Part shown: positions 30,414 through 41,493 of the stretch, in pieces | How the letters are laid out: each line of letters starts with the position of its first letter | Position numbering within the stretch: the stretch's first letter is position 1 | Origin: Hyphomicrobiales bacterium | GTDB taxonomy: Bacteria; Pseudomonadota; Alphaproteobacteria; Rhizobiales; JAKSCL01 | Direction of reading: 5' to 3' | NCBI GenBank assembly: GCA_022360615.1 | Contig: JAKSCL010000323.1 | Location: 1 to 51,878 of the forward strand | Length of the DNA stretch: 51,878 bases | Made by a program: the position numbers and the translations under genes | Notes under the pieces: model-generated | What the model saw: the letters and a program-made list of their open reading frames with translations, nothing else | Told to the model about the DNA's origin: nothing | The model's database searches: none

Positions 30414-31226
30414 TCAGCCGTCCACGGTCGCAATAATCGGTACGTGGTCGGACGGCTGGTCCCAGCCGCGTGCTTCACGCAGCACGCTGATGCCCCTCAC
30501 CTTTTCCGCGTGCTCCGCGTGGATCCAAACATGATCGAGACGGCGGCCGCGGTCCGAGGCCGACCAGTCCCGCGCGCGGTAGCTCCACCATGTGTATAGC
30601 TTTTCCGGGGCCGGTATGTGCTGGCGCACCGAGTCCGTCCAGCCGCCTTCTTCAAGGACGGCCGTTAACCCTTCCGTTTCCACCGGGGTGTGGGAGACCA
30701 CTTTCAGAAGCTGCTTGTGCGACCAAACGTCTTCAGGCAGCGGCGCAATATTCAAATCGCCAACCAGGATATTGGCACCGTTGCCGCGGTTGAGCGCATT
30801 CGACCAGTTGCGCAGTTCCTCGATGAAGCCGAGCTTATGGGCGAATTTCTCATTCTGATCGGGATCGGGGATGTCGCCGCCCGCCGGCACATAGAAGTTA
30901 TGAATGTGGGCCGGTGCGCCGTTTCCGCTCGGATCAAGCATCACCGTCACGTGCCGGGCATCGCCCTTGCCGCAAAAATGCATGACGGATGTCTGAATGA
31001 AGGGAAAGCGCGAAAGCGTCGCAACCCCATGGTAACCCTTCTGACCGTTCAGCGCGATGTGCTCGTAGCCGAGCGCGCGGATGGCTTTTTCCGGAAACTG
31101 ATCGTTCCGGCATTTGGTTTCCTGAAGGCAGATGATATCCGGCTGATAGCGGCGTACGAAAGATTGCAAGAGGGGCAGGCGCAGGCGTACTGAATTGATG
31201 TTCCAGGTGGCAATGGTGAAAGGCAT
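30414..31226 (-). CDS. xthA: exodeoxyribonuclease III
   Basis: IATWNINSVRLRL, CLQETK, GDLNIAP, SDHVPI. Confidence 0.93.
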   Translation of the reverse strand: MPFTIATWNINSVRLRLPLLQSFVRRYQPDIICLQETKCRNDQFPEKAIRALGYEHIALNGQKGYHGVATLSRFPFIQTSVMHFCGKGDARHVTVMLDPSGNGAPAHIHNFYVPAGGDIPDPDQNEKFAHKLGFIEELRNWSNALNRGNGANILVGDLNIAPLPEDVWSHKQLLKVVSHTPVETEGLTAVLEEGGWTDSVRQHIPAPEKLYTWWSYRARDWSASDRGRRLDHVWIHAEHAEKVRGISVLREARGWDQPSDHVPIIATVDG

Positions 31227-31357
31227 GGGCCGCTATCGGAATGAAAAGAAAACCGTCGCGCTAGCGATAGAGGCCGCATGCGGTATTGCCAAGTCTTCCT
31301 TTCGTGACGGCTCTATGCAAACAGCCATACCGTAACCCTTTACCGTTGCTTTTGGGC

Positions 31358-31520
31358 CATAAACGAAGAGGCGCCCGGTCTCGGGGGGTAGACCGGGCGC
31401 TCTTCCGCTTACGCGGTATGCGCCGGGAGGGAACCGGCGCGCAGTAGGAACCGCCGGGCAAGACGGGGGGCAATCCCGGATAAAGGTTCCACCGCTTTTG
31501 ACTATGTGGTTCCTACCGTC
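31358..31520 (-). ncRNA. candidate small RNA or structured 3' UTR with C-rich hairpin loops
   Basis: Read on the minus strand: helix GTAGGAACC...GGTTCCTAC enclosing CCGGG-(AUUGCCCCCCGUCUUG)-CCCGG; GCGCCGG-(UUCCCUC)-CCGGCGC; CCGC-GUAA-GCGG; then a 16-17 bp terminator hairpin with loop ACCCCCCG followed by GUUUAU. No family recognised. Strand and ends are uncertain. Confidence 0.35.
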
Positions 31521-31606
31521 AACGCATTCAATACATGACTATTCACATGTGAAGAAATCACGCGAAGTTGAAACTCGTCAAATATGCAATTTCTAGCCGG
31601 TTTCGA

Positions 31607-32299
31607 CTAATTGCCATCCCTGTCGAAGCGCTTGTACCTCTCATCATCGGGTATAACGAAAAGAGTTTCGTTTGCGGGCTCATCTTCTTTCACGTCGGTA
31701 AGGGTGACGACCGTATCGAGCCCTTGTGCGTCGGTGACGATCCACTGGTAGAGGTCCAGGGTTTCCGCGTCAAAAAGAAGCGTGAGCCTGCCGATGGCCT
31801 CACCGCTCACATCCTCCAGTACAAGGGTGATGAGCCCGTTGTCATTATAAACCTCAGCAATTTTCGTGTCCTCAAAGAGGTCGATCTCCTGCGTGAGCAG
31901 AAGATGGAGCGGGGTTGTGCGCAGCGGATAGCGGTCGGTCGTTTTGTCAGCCCGGTCGGTCACACCTACCCAGACGCCGTTCGAAACCACCAGAAGTTGG
32001 CTTGGCGGTGCGTATTCGAAGCGGATTTTTCCAGGTTTTTGAAGGAAAAACCGGCCTTCGGCACGCTCGCCATGCGGGCCGACCTGGATGAAATTGCCTT
32101 GCAGCGTCGTGACTTCATTGAACTTCCGGTTCACTTCGCCGACGGCTGCAAGCTGGGTGGCATCCAGTTGCACGTCTTCGTCCGCATCGTTCGTTGCCGC
32201 CATTCCAGGACCGGCCAGGGAAAGCGCAAGGATCGCGGCGCCCGTGAAAAGCGCACCGCGTTTCATCAGTGTCGCCGCTTTGGAGAGGAGGTTTTGCAT
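31607..32299 (-). CDS. lolA: outer-membrane lipoprotein carrier protein LolA
   Basis: Signal peptide plus GRFFLQKPGKIRFEY LolA core. First ATG at 32299 (the ORF-track start at 32302 is TTG). Confidence 0.88.
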   Translation of the reverse strand: MQNLLSKAATLMKRGALFTGAAILALSLAGPGMAATNDADEDVQLDATQLAAVGEVNRKFNEVTTLQGNFIQVGPHGERAEGRFFLQKPGKIRFEYAPPSQLLVVSNGVWVGVTDRADKTTDRYPLRTTPLHLLLTQEIDLFEDTKIAEVYNDNGLITLVLEDVSGEAIGRLTLLFDAETLDLYQWIVTDAQGLDTVVTLTDVKEDEPANETLFVIPDDERYKRFDRDGN

Positions 32300-32368
32300 C
32301 AATTTTTGTCCGTCATCTTTGTTTGAGGTTTGACCCGCCTTTCCGGTCTTTTTTAGGCATCCCGTTGT

Positions 32369-34912
32369 TTAGAACGCCTCGGCCTCCTCACGGGAGGGTA
32401 CGAGAATCTCGCGTTTGCCCGCATGGTTTGCCGCCCCTATCAGCCCCTCCTGCTCCATGCGTTCAATCAGCGTTGCGGCCCGGTTGTATCCGATGGACAG
32501 ACGGCGCTGGATATAGCTCGTGGAGACTTTCCGGTCGCGGAGGACAATCGCCACCGCCTTGTCGTAAAGATCGTCCGATTCCGACAGATTGCCAATCGCG
32601 CCATCTCCGGCCGCACCATCGTCGCCGCCGTCTTCTTCCGTCACTGCATCGAGATATTCGGGCGTTCCTTGCGATTTCAAGAAGGCGACCACCTCTTCGA
32701 CCTCCTCATCGGAGACAAAAGGCCCGTGACAACGGCGAATGCGACCGCCGCCCATCATGTAAAGCATATCGCCCATGCCGAGGAGCTGTTCCGCACCCTG
32801 TTCGCCCAAAATCGTGCGGCTGTCGATTTTTGAGGTAACCTGAAAGGAAATCCGGGTCGGGAAATTCGCCTTGATCGTGCCGGTGATGACGTCGACGGAG
32901 GGCCGCTGCGTCGCCATGATGAGATGGATCCCCGCGGCCCGGGCCATTTGCGCCAGCCGTTGAATGGCGCCTTCGATGTCCTTGCCCGCGACCATCATCA
33001 GATCAGCCATTTCATCGACAATCACGACGAGGAAGGGCATGGGCTCGTAGTCGAGTTCTTCTGTTTCGAAGATTGCCTCGCCGGTCTCGCGGTCGAAGCC
33101 GGTCTGAACAGTGCGCGATAGCGTCTCGCCGCGCTTTTCCGCTTCCGCGAGCTTGCTGTTGTAACCGTCGATGTTCCGAACGCCGAGTTTCGACATCTTT
33201 TTGTAGCGGTCTTCCATCTCGCGCACCGCCCATTTCAATGCCACCACCGCTTTTTTCGGATCGGTCACGACCGGAGTGAGGAGATGCGGGATGCCGTCAT
33301 AGACCGACAGCTCCAGCATTTTGGGATCGACCATGATAAGGCGGCAACGCTCCGGCGGCATGCGATAGAGGATCGACAGGACCATGGTGTTGATCGCGAC
33401 CGATTTACCCGAGCCGGTGGTGCCGGCGATCAAGAGGTGGGGCATGCGGGCGAGATCGGCGATCACCGGCTCGCCGCCAATGGTCTTGCCGACGCAAAGG
33501 GCAAGCTTTGATTTGGAGCTGTCGAAGTCCTTGGATGCCAGCAACTCACGCAGGTAAACCGTTTGCCGCTTGGCGTTCGGCAATTCGATGCCGATTGCGT
33601 TGCGGCCCGGAATAACGGCAACACGGGCGGAAACGGCGCTCATGGAACGCGCGATATCGTCGGCAAGACTGATCACACGCGATGATTTCGTGCCGGGTGC
33701 GGGTTCAAGTTCGTAAAGCGTAACAACGGGACCTGGACGGACTTGGGTGATCTCACCGCGCACACCGAAATCATCAAGCACGCCTTCAAGCAGCCGGGCG
33801 TTTTGCTCCAGTGCGTCCTCGCTGAGCGAGGCGTCGCGCTGTTCAGTCTTCGGCTCGCTAAGGAAGTGAAGGGGAGGCAGTTGAAAGCCTTCATTGGGTA
33901 ACAGGGACGCCTGGGCCTCACGCGCACCGCGGCGGCTCGGTTTAGGTGCAGCCGCCTGCGCCATCACGCGGCCTGGCCGTGGCGCGCCCAGAACCTGTTC
34001 GTGGACGTCATGGGGTGTCACGTCGATGGCGTCGTCCCCGTCATAACCCATGTCGTCCATTCGAAAGCCATCGCCGAAAACCGGTTCAATCCGGCCATCA
34101 TGGCCTGGCACCATGGGCAGATCGGGCATTGCGTCGCCGCGCCGCGCAAACAGACGGCGAAGGCGTGCTTTCGCGCTCAAAACCTCATGCATGACAGCGC
34201 CAAGCAGCGCGGGTGGTCCCGCTTTTTCAACATCGTCCTCGAATTCATCTTCGTCGTGGTCTTCCGGCTGAGCCACGGTCCGGCGCGACGGTGCGCGCCT
34301 TGGCCTTGATGCCCGATCTTTATGGCTCGTGTCCTCGGGGAGGCGGAAACGGCCAACACCAAAAGCGAAGAGAAAGAAGAGAATACCAGCCACTGCGGCG
34401 ATGGCACCGAAAACAGGTTTGGCCAATCCACCGATAAGCAGTCCAAGTCCCGTATCAGCCGCATAAATAAAGAGTTCGCCTATGAGTCCGCCAAGACCGG
34501 TCGGCAAAGGCCAGCGGGCTGGCGCGGGAAGAGCCGCGAGTGCTGCCGTCAAAAAGACGGTGGCGGCCAGCGCCAGAGCAATGCGGGTGAGGATCTTATG
34601 AATTGATTGGAGGCGGACAACGGCGAAGCCCCAGACCGCCGGTAGCAAGCAGAGAATAATGCCGCAAACCCCGAAAATCTGCATGGCGAGATCGGCAAAG
34701 GCCGCACCCGGAAAACCAAGCAGGTTCCGTGTAGCGCCATCCGTTGCATAGCTGAAACTCGGATCGTTGACCGACCAGGTGCCAAGCGCCAGTAGGCTGA
34801 GCGCCGAGAGGCCGATCAACCCAAGCCCGCACAGTTGAGTCAGCCGCCGGCGCAAGGCCTCGCGCAGCCTTGAAAGCCAGCCCTCCTCCTCGAAAACCGC
34901 CGTATCCGTCAT
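32369..34912 (-). CDS. ftsK: DNA translocase FtsK
   Basis: N-terminal TM helices, Pro/acidic linker, motor domain ([22 protein letters not shown]), C-terminal gamma winged helix. ATG 34912 preferred over TTG 34924. Confidence 0.96.
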   Translation of the reverse strand: MTDTAVFEEEGWLSRLREALRRRLTQLCGLGLIGLSALSLLALGTWSVNDPSFSYATDGATRNLLGFPGAAFADLAMQIFGVCGIILCLLPAVWGFAVVRLQSIHKILTRIALALAATVFLTAALAALPAPARWPLPTGLGGLIGELFIYAADTGLGLLIGGLAKPVFGAIAAVAGILFFLFAFGVGRFRLPEDTSHKDRASRPRRAPSRRTVAQPEDHDEDEFEDDVEKAGPPALLGAVMHEVLSAKARLRRLFARRGDAMPDLPMVPGHDGRIEPVFGDGFRMDDMGYDGDDAIDVTPHDVHEQVLGAPRPGRVMAQAAAPKPSRRGAREAQASLLPNEGFQLPPLHFLSEPKTEQRDASLSEDALEQNARLLEGVLDDFGVRGEITQVRPGPVVTLYELEPAPGTKSSRVISLADDIARSMSAVSARVAVIPGRNAIGIELPNAKRQTVYLRELLASKDFDSSKSKLALCVGKTIGGEPVIADLARMPHLLIAGTTGSGKSVAINTMVLSILYRMPPERCRLIMVDPKMLELSVYDGIPHLLTPVVTDPKKAVVALKWAVREMEDRYKKMSKLGVRNIDGYNSKLAEAEKRGETLSRTVQTGFDRETGEAIFETEELDYEPMPFLVVIVDEMADLMMVAGKDIEGAIQRLAQMARAAGIHLIMATQRPSVDVITGTIKANFPTRISFQVTSKIDSRTILGEQGAEQLLGMGDMLYMMGGGRIRRCHGPFVSDEEVEEVVAFLKSQGTPEYLDAVTEEDGGDDGAAGDGAIGNLSESDDLYDKAVAIVLRDRKVSTSYIQRRLSIGYNRAATLIERMEQEGLIGAANHAGKREILVPSREEAEAF

Positions 34913-34991
34913 ACCATCCGTCAACGCAGAACATGCGCGGCCGTCACGGCTGCGCGGAACCTGTCAATGCCCGAAACTATGCGGGTCGCGG

Positions 34992-35007
34992 TTAAGTCTG
35001 AATTAAC
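34992..35007. promoter_or_regulatory. perfect CtrA-box motif TTAA-N7-TTAAC upstream of ftsK
   Basis: TTAAgtctgaaTTAAC, part of the near-palindrome GGTTAA...TTAACC, about 70-95 nt upstream of the ftsK start. Confidence 0.5.
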
Positions 35008-35100
35008 CTTGGCGAAAAGGAGACATAGAGAGGCACGGATAGGAGCGTTCGAGCCCGGCAAGCCGCGCGGTAACGGTGAAGTGGCCGAAAACGGGCTCTT

Positions 35101-35135
35101 TAAACGAAAAAGCCCGGACGCCGCAGCGTCCGGGC
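35101..35135 (-). terminator. intrinsic terminator downstream of amtB
   Basis: On the minus strand: GCCCGGACGC-tgcg-GCGTCCGGGC followed by TTTTTCGTTTA. Lies 45 nt after the amtB stop. Confidence 0.85.
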
Positions 35136-35179
35136 GAGTTTGGATCGTTGGGACGATCCGCCGGAGTAGAGCTGTTGGC

Positions 35180-36529
35180 CTAAAGCCGCTGGCTGCCCTG
35201 ACCGAACTCGGGATAGGCCTCAAGGCCGACCTCGGACATGTCGAGGCCGAGCGCCTCTTCCTCGTCGGAGACCCTGAGCCCGATCGTGAATTTGAGGATC
35301 AAAAACACGATGGCGCTGGCGATCACGGTGAAAGCGCCGTAGGCGAGAATACCGATTGACTGAGTGCCAAAGTTTGCGGCGCCGTTCGAAAGCGGCACCG
35401 CGAGCGTGCCCCAGATGCCGGCGAACAGGTGGACCGGGATGGCGCCAACCACATCGTCGATCTTCAACTTGTCGAGGAGTGGGACCGTGACGACCACGAT
35501 CACGCCGCCGATCGCGCCAATCACGATCGCAAGAAACGGCGACGGCATGAGAGGCTCGGCTGTGATCGATACGAGACCGGCAAGCGCGCCGTTCAGCGCC
35601 ATCGTCAAGTCGATTTTCTTGTAAATCACCTGGGTGAGTATCACCGCGGCCATCACGCCAGCGGCGGCGGCGAGGTTGGTGTTGGCAAAGATGCGCGAGA
35701 CATCGGAGACATCGGCGTTCGAGCCCATAGCAAGCTGTGAGCCGCCGTTAAAGCCGAACCAGCCGAGCCACAGAATGAAGGTGCCGAGCGTCGCAAGCGG
35801 CAGACTTGAGCCCGGGAGCGGCGTAATGGAACCATCCGCGCCGTATTTCCCGCTTCGCGCGCCAAGGATGATCGCGCCCGTGAGAGCGGCCCAGCCGCCG
35901 ACCGAGTGAACGATGGTCGATCCGGCGAAGTCGGAAAAGCCCCTATCGAACAGCCAGCCTTCGCCCCATTGCCACGAGCCTGTGATCGGATAGAAGATAC
36001 CCGTCAGGAAAGCCGTGAAGATGAGGAACGGCCAGAGTTTGATCCGTTCGGCAAGAGCGCCGGAAACGATTGAGGCGGTCGCCGCGCAAAACACCATCTG
36101 GAAGAACCAGTCGGATGCGACCGAATAGTCGCCTTCATTGGCTTCGCCGGCGCCAGGCCATGAATACGGCGCAAAGGTGCCGAACAAGTTCCCGTTGTCG
36201 TCGACGCCTGTGTACATAAGGTTGTAGCCGACGACCCAATACATGATGCCGGCCAGCGAATAGAGCGAGATATTCTTCAGGCATTGCATCGACACGTTCT
36301 TGGAGCGGACGAGGCCCGCTTCCAGCATGCAGAAGCCCGCCGCCATGAACATGACGAGAAAGCCCGCCATCAGGAACAGCAGGGTATTGAAAACATATGC
36401 GGATTCGGCCGGGACGCCCGCTGCCGCTTCCGCGGCGGCCTCGGTCTCCTGGGCCAGGGCCGGATCGGCGCCCAGGGCGACAGCCGCCAAGGCGCTTATT
36501 CCGGCCAAAAGAAGAAACTGCTTGCGCAT
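35180..36529 (-). CDS. amtB: ammonium transporter AmtB
   Basis: Signal peptide (MRKQFLLLAGISALAAVALG), then the Amt family core (DFAGSTIVHSVGGW). Start trimmed to ATG 36529, just after glnK. Confidence 0.95.
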   Translation of the reverse strand: MRKQFLLLAGISALAAVALGADPALAQETEAAAEAAAGVPAESAYVFNTLLFLMAGFLVMFMAAGFCMLEAGLVRSKNVSMQCLKNISLYSLAGIMYWVVGYNLMYTGVDDNGNLFGTFAPYSWPGAGEANEGDYSVASDWFFQMVFCAATASIVSGALAERIKLWPFLIFTAFLTGIFYPITGSWQWGEGWLFDRGFSDFAGSTIVHSVGGWAALTGAIILGARSGKYGADGSITPLPGSSLPLATLGTFILWLGWFGFNGGSQLAMGSNADVSDVSRIFANTNLAAAAGVMAAVILTQVIYKKIDLTMALNGALAGLVSITAEPLMPSPFLAIVIGAIGGVIVVVTVPLLDKLKIDDVVGAIPVHLFAGIWGTLAVPLSNGAANFGTQSIGILAYGAFTVIASAIVFLILKFTIGLRVSDEEEALGLDMSEVGLEAYPEFGQGSQRL

Positions 36530-36554
36530 GGATGTTACCTTTCGCTGATTGAAC

Positions 36555-36990
<436 letters not shown>

Positions 36991-37191
36991 AGAAGCGCGT
37001 TTCGGCTAGGGCGCTGAATCTTAATGAGTTTTAACGATATTGGGGTTGGGTTCGTGCAGACTGTGCCTGCTTAGGTCCGATTTTGCCTAATAAATGGGCA
37101 TAAGTCGGCGTCAGTGCGGATTCGATCTGTGCATATGCGGTTGTGTGCTTAATTCTTGGTCAAATCTGACCCAATACTTTTCCGATACCGG

Positions 37192-38088
37192 TCAAAGCCG
37201 CGCCGCGCCCTTGGAGGTCACGCCCTCCGCGCGCACGCGGATCAGGCCTTCTTGGGCAACCGAGGCAATCAATTGTCCGGTGCGTTTGAAAATCAGGCCG
37301 CGCGAGAAACCGCGCGCATTGGCGGTTGCCGGGCTGTCCATTGCATAAAGCAGCCAGTCATCGAAACGGAACGGAGCGTGAAACCAGAGCGCGTGGTCGA
37401 GACTCGCGGGTTGAAGGTCCTTATCGAAGATCGATCTGCCGTGGGCAAAGAGCGATGTGTCGAGCAGTGTCATGTCGGAGGCGTAGGCGAGAACGCTTTG
37501 GTGGATTTCCGGGTCGTCAGGAAGCGAATCGGTCGTCCTGAACCAGACATATTGTTCCGGCGGTAGCTTCTTGGCGCTCGTGAAATGCTCCAGATTCACA
37601 TAACGCAGCTCAATTGGCCGATTGCGTTCCCAGTAGCGCCGCACATTTTCAGGAACCCGCTCAGCGCAGGCGCCTTTCAAAAGCTCTTTTTCATTAGGCA
37701 AGGTTTCAGGGCCGGGCACGTCGGGCATTTCACACTGATGGACAAGGCCGTCTTCGCGCCGCTGAAAAGAGGCTGACATGGTGAAAATCGCTTCACCATG
37801 CTGGATCGCGCTGACGCGCCGCGTCGTAAAGCTCTTTCCGTCACGGGGCCGGTCCACCTCATAGACGATGGGGACATTCGGATCGCCCGGCCGCATGAAA
37901 TAGCCGTGCAGAGAGTGCGCCTGCCTTTCCTTGTTGACGGTGCGGGTGGCGGCAATCAGCGATTGCGAGATGACGAGGCCGCCGAACACGCGTTGCCAGC
38001 CCACCTGGGGGCTGCGTCCCCGGAAGAGATTGCGTTCGATCTCCTCCAGATCGAGGATGGCGAGCAGGTCGGTTACGGCCGTCGACAT
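37192..38088 (-). CDS. tesB: acyl-CoA thioesterase II
   Basis: LLAILDLEEIERNLFRG...HSLHGYF...double hot-dog TesB pattern. Confidence 0.9.
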   Translation of the reverse strand: MSTAVTDLLAILDLEEIERNLFRGRSPQVGWQRVFGGLVISQSLIAATRTVNKERQAHSLHGYFMRPGDPNVPIVYEVDRPRDGKSFTTRRVSAIQHGEAIFTMSASFQRREDGLVHQCEMPDVPGPETLPNEKELLKGACAERVPENVRRYWERNRPIELRYVNLEHFTSAKKLPPEQYVWFRTTDSLPDDPEIHQSVLAYASDMTLLDTSLFAHGRSIFDKDLQPASLDHALWFHAPFRFDDWLLYAMDSPATANARGFSRGLIFKRTGQLIASVAQEGLIRVRAEGVTSKGAARL

Positions 38089-38284
38089 GGGGTATGTTTT
38101 CCGGGAATTCCTTGCAGGCGGGTGTCTTTAACCGAAGGAAGACCGCGAGATGGCCAGGCGTCAAGACAATGTGCGCCGATGTCCCGGCTTATTGCTCTAT
38201 TTCAAGGTTCCACGCGCCATATAAAGAGAGTGTGCAATACCGCGATGAAAGCGGTGGCTGGATGTGTTTGGGAGAGCTGAGGCC

Positions 38285-39499
38285 ATGAATGTGGATGTGG
38301 CGGTTGTTGGCGGCGGTTTCGTGGGCCGGGCGCTTGCGCTTGCGCTTGGCGCTGATACGGGTCTGAAGGCCGTTCTCTTCGACGCCAAACCTGCTGAGGC
38401 GCCATCGCCCGCCGATGAGCGGGCTTCCGCCATTGCCGTCGCCGTTCAGCACATGCTCGATACGCTTGATGTATGGCCCGACGTGGAAACGCTTGCGCAT
38501 CCGATCAGTGAAATGGTGGTCACGGACAGCCAGCTTGACGACACGGTCCGGCCGGTTTTTCTCACGTTCGACGGCACGGTCGAGGGCGGTGAACCGTTCG
38601 CCTACATGGTTCCGAACGCACCGCTTGCCGAGGCGCTCGACCGCCGTTTGCAGGAAAAAGGCGTTCCGGTCGAGCGCGGTGTGCGGGTCACGGCCATGGA
38701 GGAGGAGCCGGTCCATAGGCGGCTTACCCTTGCCGATGGGCGTCAGGTCAGGGCACGGCTTGTTGTCGCCTGCGACGGCGCCCGTTCGTCATTGCGCGCC
38801 ATGGCACGTATCCCGACCGTTGGCTGGCCTTACGATCAGTACGGTATCGTCACGACGATCACGCATGAAATGCCGCATCCGGGCCGGGCGGAAGAGCATT
38901 TTCTGCCGAGCGGGCCATTTGCCATCCTTCCGCTTGGGTCCAACCGCGCGTCACTTGTTTGGACCGAAAGGAAGGCGGAAGGCGACCGGTTGCTCGCGCT
39001 CCCGCCTGAAGACCTTCGTGACGAACTCGCGAAACGTGTGCCGCCGCATTATGGCAGTATCGCGCTTGATGGGCCGGTCCAGCATTATCCGCTTGTCTTG
39101 CAAATGGCACGCAGCTTCGTCGCGCCGCGCTTTGCGCTTTGCGGCGATGCGGCCCATGCTATTCACCCGCTAGCGGGACAAGGCATGAATCTGGGTTTTA
39201 AGGACGTTGCGGCACTGGCCGAGGTGGTCATCGATGCGGCCCGGATCGGCGTCGATATCGGCTCGCTCGCCACGCTGAAACGCTATGAGCGTTGGCGCCG
39301 CTTTGATTCCGTGCAATTCGCTGCTGTTTGCGATTCCTTGAACCGGCTTTTCGGGCTCGATTTTGCGCCCCTTCGGGCCGTGCGTCAGATCGGGCTCGGC
39401 CTTGTTGATCGCGTGCCGGCGCTTAAACGGGCATTTATTGGTGAGGCGGCGGGCATGATGGGTACACCGCCACGCCTCTTGCGCGGCGAGGTGCTTTGA
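38285..39499 (+). CDS. UbiH/UbiF/Coq6-family FAD-dependent monooxygenase (ubiquinone biosynthesis hydroxylase)
   Basis: DVAVVGGGFVG dinucleotide fold, CDGARS, GDAAHAIHPLAGQGMNLG. Confidence 0.85.
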   Translation: MNVDVAVVGGGFVGRALALALGADTGLKAVLFDAKPAEAPSPADERASAIAVAVQHMLDTLDVWPDVETLAHPISEMVVTDSQLDDTVRPVFLTFDGTVEGGEPFAYMVPNAPLAEALDRRLQEKGVPVERGVRVTAMEEEPVHRRLTLADGRQVRARLVVACDGARSSLRAMARIPTVGWPYDQYGIVTTITHEMPHPGRAEEHFLPSGPFAILPLGSNRASLVWTERKAEGDRLLALPPEDLRDELAKRVPPHYGSIALDGPVQHYPLVLQMARSFVAPRFALCGDAAHAIHPLAGQGMNLGFKDVAALAEVVIDAARIGVDIGSLATLKRYERWRRFDSVQFAAVCDSLNRLFGLDFAPLRAVRQIGLGLVDRVPALKRAFIGEAAGMMGTPPRLLRGEVL

Positions 39500-39511
39500 G
39501 ATTGGCGTGAC

Positions 39512-39733
39512 TCAATCTTCGAGTTTGCGGGCTTCTTCCTCAAGCATGATCGGAATGCCTTCGCGGATTGGGTAGGCAAGGCGCGCCGCGCGGCTGATCA
39601 ATTCCTGTTTTTCCGCGTCGTATTCGAGCGTTGTTTTCGTCACGGGGCAGACCAGGAATTCCAGGAGCTTTGGGTCAACCTTCTTCTCGGCCGTGTTCGC
39701 CTTTTGCGCTCGGTTTGCCATCGCGTCCGCCAT
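39512..39733 (-). CDS. Trm112/UPF0434 family small protein
   Basis: [17 protein letters not shown]...[16 protein letters not shown] shares its A with the upstream TAA (TAATG). Confidence 0.8.
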   Translation of the reverse strand: MADAMANRAQKANTAEKKVDPKLLEFLVCPVTKTTLEYDAEKQELISRAARLAYPIREGIPIMLEEEARKLED

Positions 39734-40443
39734 TACTGAAGTTGTGTCGGGGTCTCGTCGCCGCCTTGCGCGAGTTCCATTTCCGTCATCGCAATCAGAA
39801 GCTCGGCGCGTTTGTTGAGATCCTCCGCTTCCAGAAGCGCCTGCTTTTCGCGTGGACCATAAGGGCACATCATCGAGAGCGCGTTGACGAGGGCTTCATT
39901 CCCCGCTTGCTTAACGCTGTCCCAATCAGCCTCAAGCCCGTTCGCGTCGAGATAGGCCTGGAAAGTCTTTAAAAACCGGCTTCGGTCGATGGTATCCTCA
40001 CCGTTGCGGGGCACGAAATCTGTGCTGTAGGGCGCAGTATCGATCCGGCATTGGCGAAAAGGCGTGTTCGCGTTCACCTCGTTAACGATCTTGAACCGTG
40101 CAATCCCGGTCAGAGTGACGAGGTAGCGTCCGTCCTGGGTTTCTTGGAAACTGGTCAGACGCCCGGCGGTGCCGATGCCGCAAAGCGCGGTCCGCTCGTC
40201 CGGCGAGGCAGTGTTGTCGCCTTCGAGGGCGGCCTTCGGTTGAATCATCCCGATCAACCGGTCGCTTGCAAGCGCTGTATCGATCATCTCAAGGTAACGC
40301 GGCTCGAAAATGTTCAAGGGAAGCTGGCCGCGCGGTAGAAGCAACGCACCCGTTAAGGGAAAAACCGGGATAACGTCGGGAACATCATCCGGTTCCCGGT
40401 AACGAACATGCATGGGTGTCGCAGCCTCCTGGGCAAAAGACAT
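39733..40443 (-). CDS. LON N-terminal (substrate-binding) domain protein
   Basis: [30 protein letters not shown]. Start trimmed to ATG 40443, 20 nt after the thioredoxin gene stop. Confidence 0.8.
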   Translation of the reverse strand: MSFAQEAATPMHVRYREPDDVPDVIPVFPLTGALLLPRGQLPLNIFEPRYLEMIDTALASDRLIGMIQPKAALEGDNTASPDERTALCGIGTAGRLTSFQETQDGRYLVTLTGIARFKIVNEVNANTPFRQCRIDTAPYSTDFVPRNGEDTIDRSRFLKTFQAYLDANGLEADWDSVKQAGNEALVNALSMMCPYGPREKQALLEAEDLNKRAELLIAMTEMELAQGGDETPTQLQ

Positions 40444-40462
40444 TTCCCGAGGTGGGCACCCT

Positions 40463-41407
40463 TCACGAAAACAGAAGCGCCGACAGCTTGCGCCGTCCTG
40501 TCTTCGTCGCTTCGTCCGCTGGACCCCAAGCCTCGAAGAACTGCAGCAATTGTTTGCGTGCAGCCTCATTGTTCCAATTGCGGTCCTTGCGGATAATTTC
40601 AAGGAGGGCGTCTGCCGCATCGTGCCGCGCGCCCTTTGCGTTCATGATCATGGCGAGATCGAACCGCGCCTGATGATCGTCCGGATGAGTGGCCAGTCTG
40701 GCACCCAATTCACCCGCATCGCCCAACTCTGCGGCCTGTTTGGCGAGTTCAAGGGCTGAGCGCGCGCCTGAGATCGCGGCGTCCTCCTCCTTGCCGGGCG
40801 GAACAATACCCAGTGTCTGTTCGGCGCGGGTTAGATCGCCCGCTTCGATATAGCAGCGTGCAAGCCCGCCAATGGCGCCCAGGTGTTGCGGGTCGGCCTG
40901 AAGGGCGGCAGCGAAGAGTTGGGCCGCCTCTGTCGTCGCCTTTTCTGCAAGGAACGCTTCGCCTTGCGCGGCGAGATCGTCCGGGCCGCCTGCGAGCGCT
41001 TCGCCGCCGGCAAGACGTTCGATGAACGCCTTGATCTGGCTTTCGGGCAGGGCGCCCATAAAGCCATCAACCGGCTGGCCGTTCTTAAACGCAAAGACCG
41101 CTGGGATCGATTGGACACCCAACTGACCGGCCACTTCGGGGTGGTCGTCGATATTCATTTTGACCAAACGCACCGCGCCGCGCGCTGCCTTCACCACCTT
41201 CTCAAGAACCGGCGTCAATTGTTTACACGGGCCGCACCAAGGCGCCCAGAAATCGACAATTACTGGTGCGCCACGCGATGCTTCGATCACGTCGTGCACG
41301 AAATTGGCCGTCGTCGTATCTTTGATCAGGTCGCCATTGCCGCCTGCGGCCCTGGCATCGCCCTGGCCAGAAGGCGGCGTCGCCCCAGGGATTATGAATT
41401 CTGCCAT
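40463..41407 (-). CDS. thioredoxin-domain plus TPR-like co-chaperone (YbbN/CnoX-like)
   Basis: VIVDFWAPWCGPCKQL motif with a helical-repeat C-terminal half. ATG 41407 preceded by AGAGGG. Confidence 0.85.
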   Translation of the reverse strand: MAEFIIPGATPPSGQGDARAAGGNGDLIKDTTTANFVHDVIEASRGAPVIVDFWAPWCGPCKQLTPVLEKVVKAARGAVRLVKMNIDDHPEVAGQLGVQSIPAVFAFKNGQPVDGFMGALPESQIKAFIERLAGGEALAGGPDDLAAQGEAFLAEKATTEAAQLFAAALQADPQHLGAIGGLARCYIEAGDLTRAEQTLGIVPPGKEEDAAISGARSALELAKQAAELGDAGELGARLATHPDDHQARFDLAMIMNAKGARHDAADALLEIIRKDRNWNNEAARKQLLQFFEAWGPADEATKTGRRKLSALLFS

Positions 41408-41493
41408 GCTACCCTCTGTGCTGGTTCGCCTCATACACCGAACGATCTACCGGCGTTCCGCTCCGTCTCATTTCAAAAAATTCCTTTACGCCT

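Noticed and set aside
31227-31606. SRP (4.5S) RNA, 6S RNA, tmRNA or a known riboswitch in the xthA-lolA gap
   Set aside because: I could not find the SRP domain IV motif (GGAA tetraloop with flanking AGCA/GNAR loops), a B12 box or other signature elements. It is kept only as an unclassified candidate sRNA.
37021-37035. CtrA-like motif TTAAtgagttTTAAC in the glnK-tesB gap
   Set aside because: The spacer is 6 nt, not 7, so it does not fit TTAA-N7-TTAAC.
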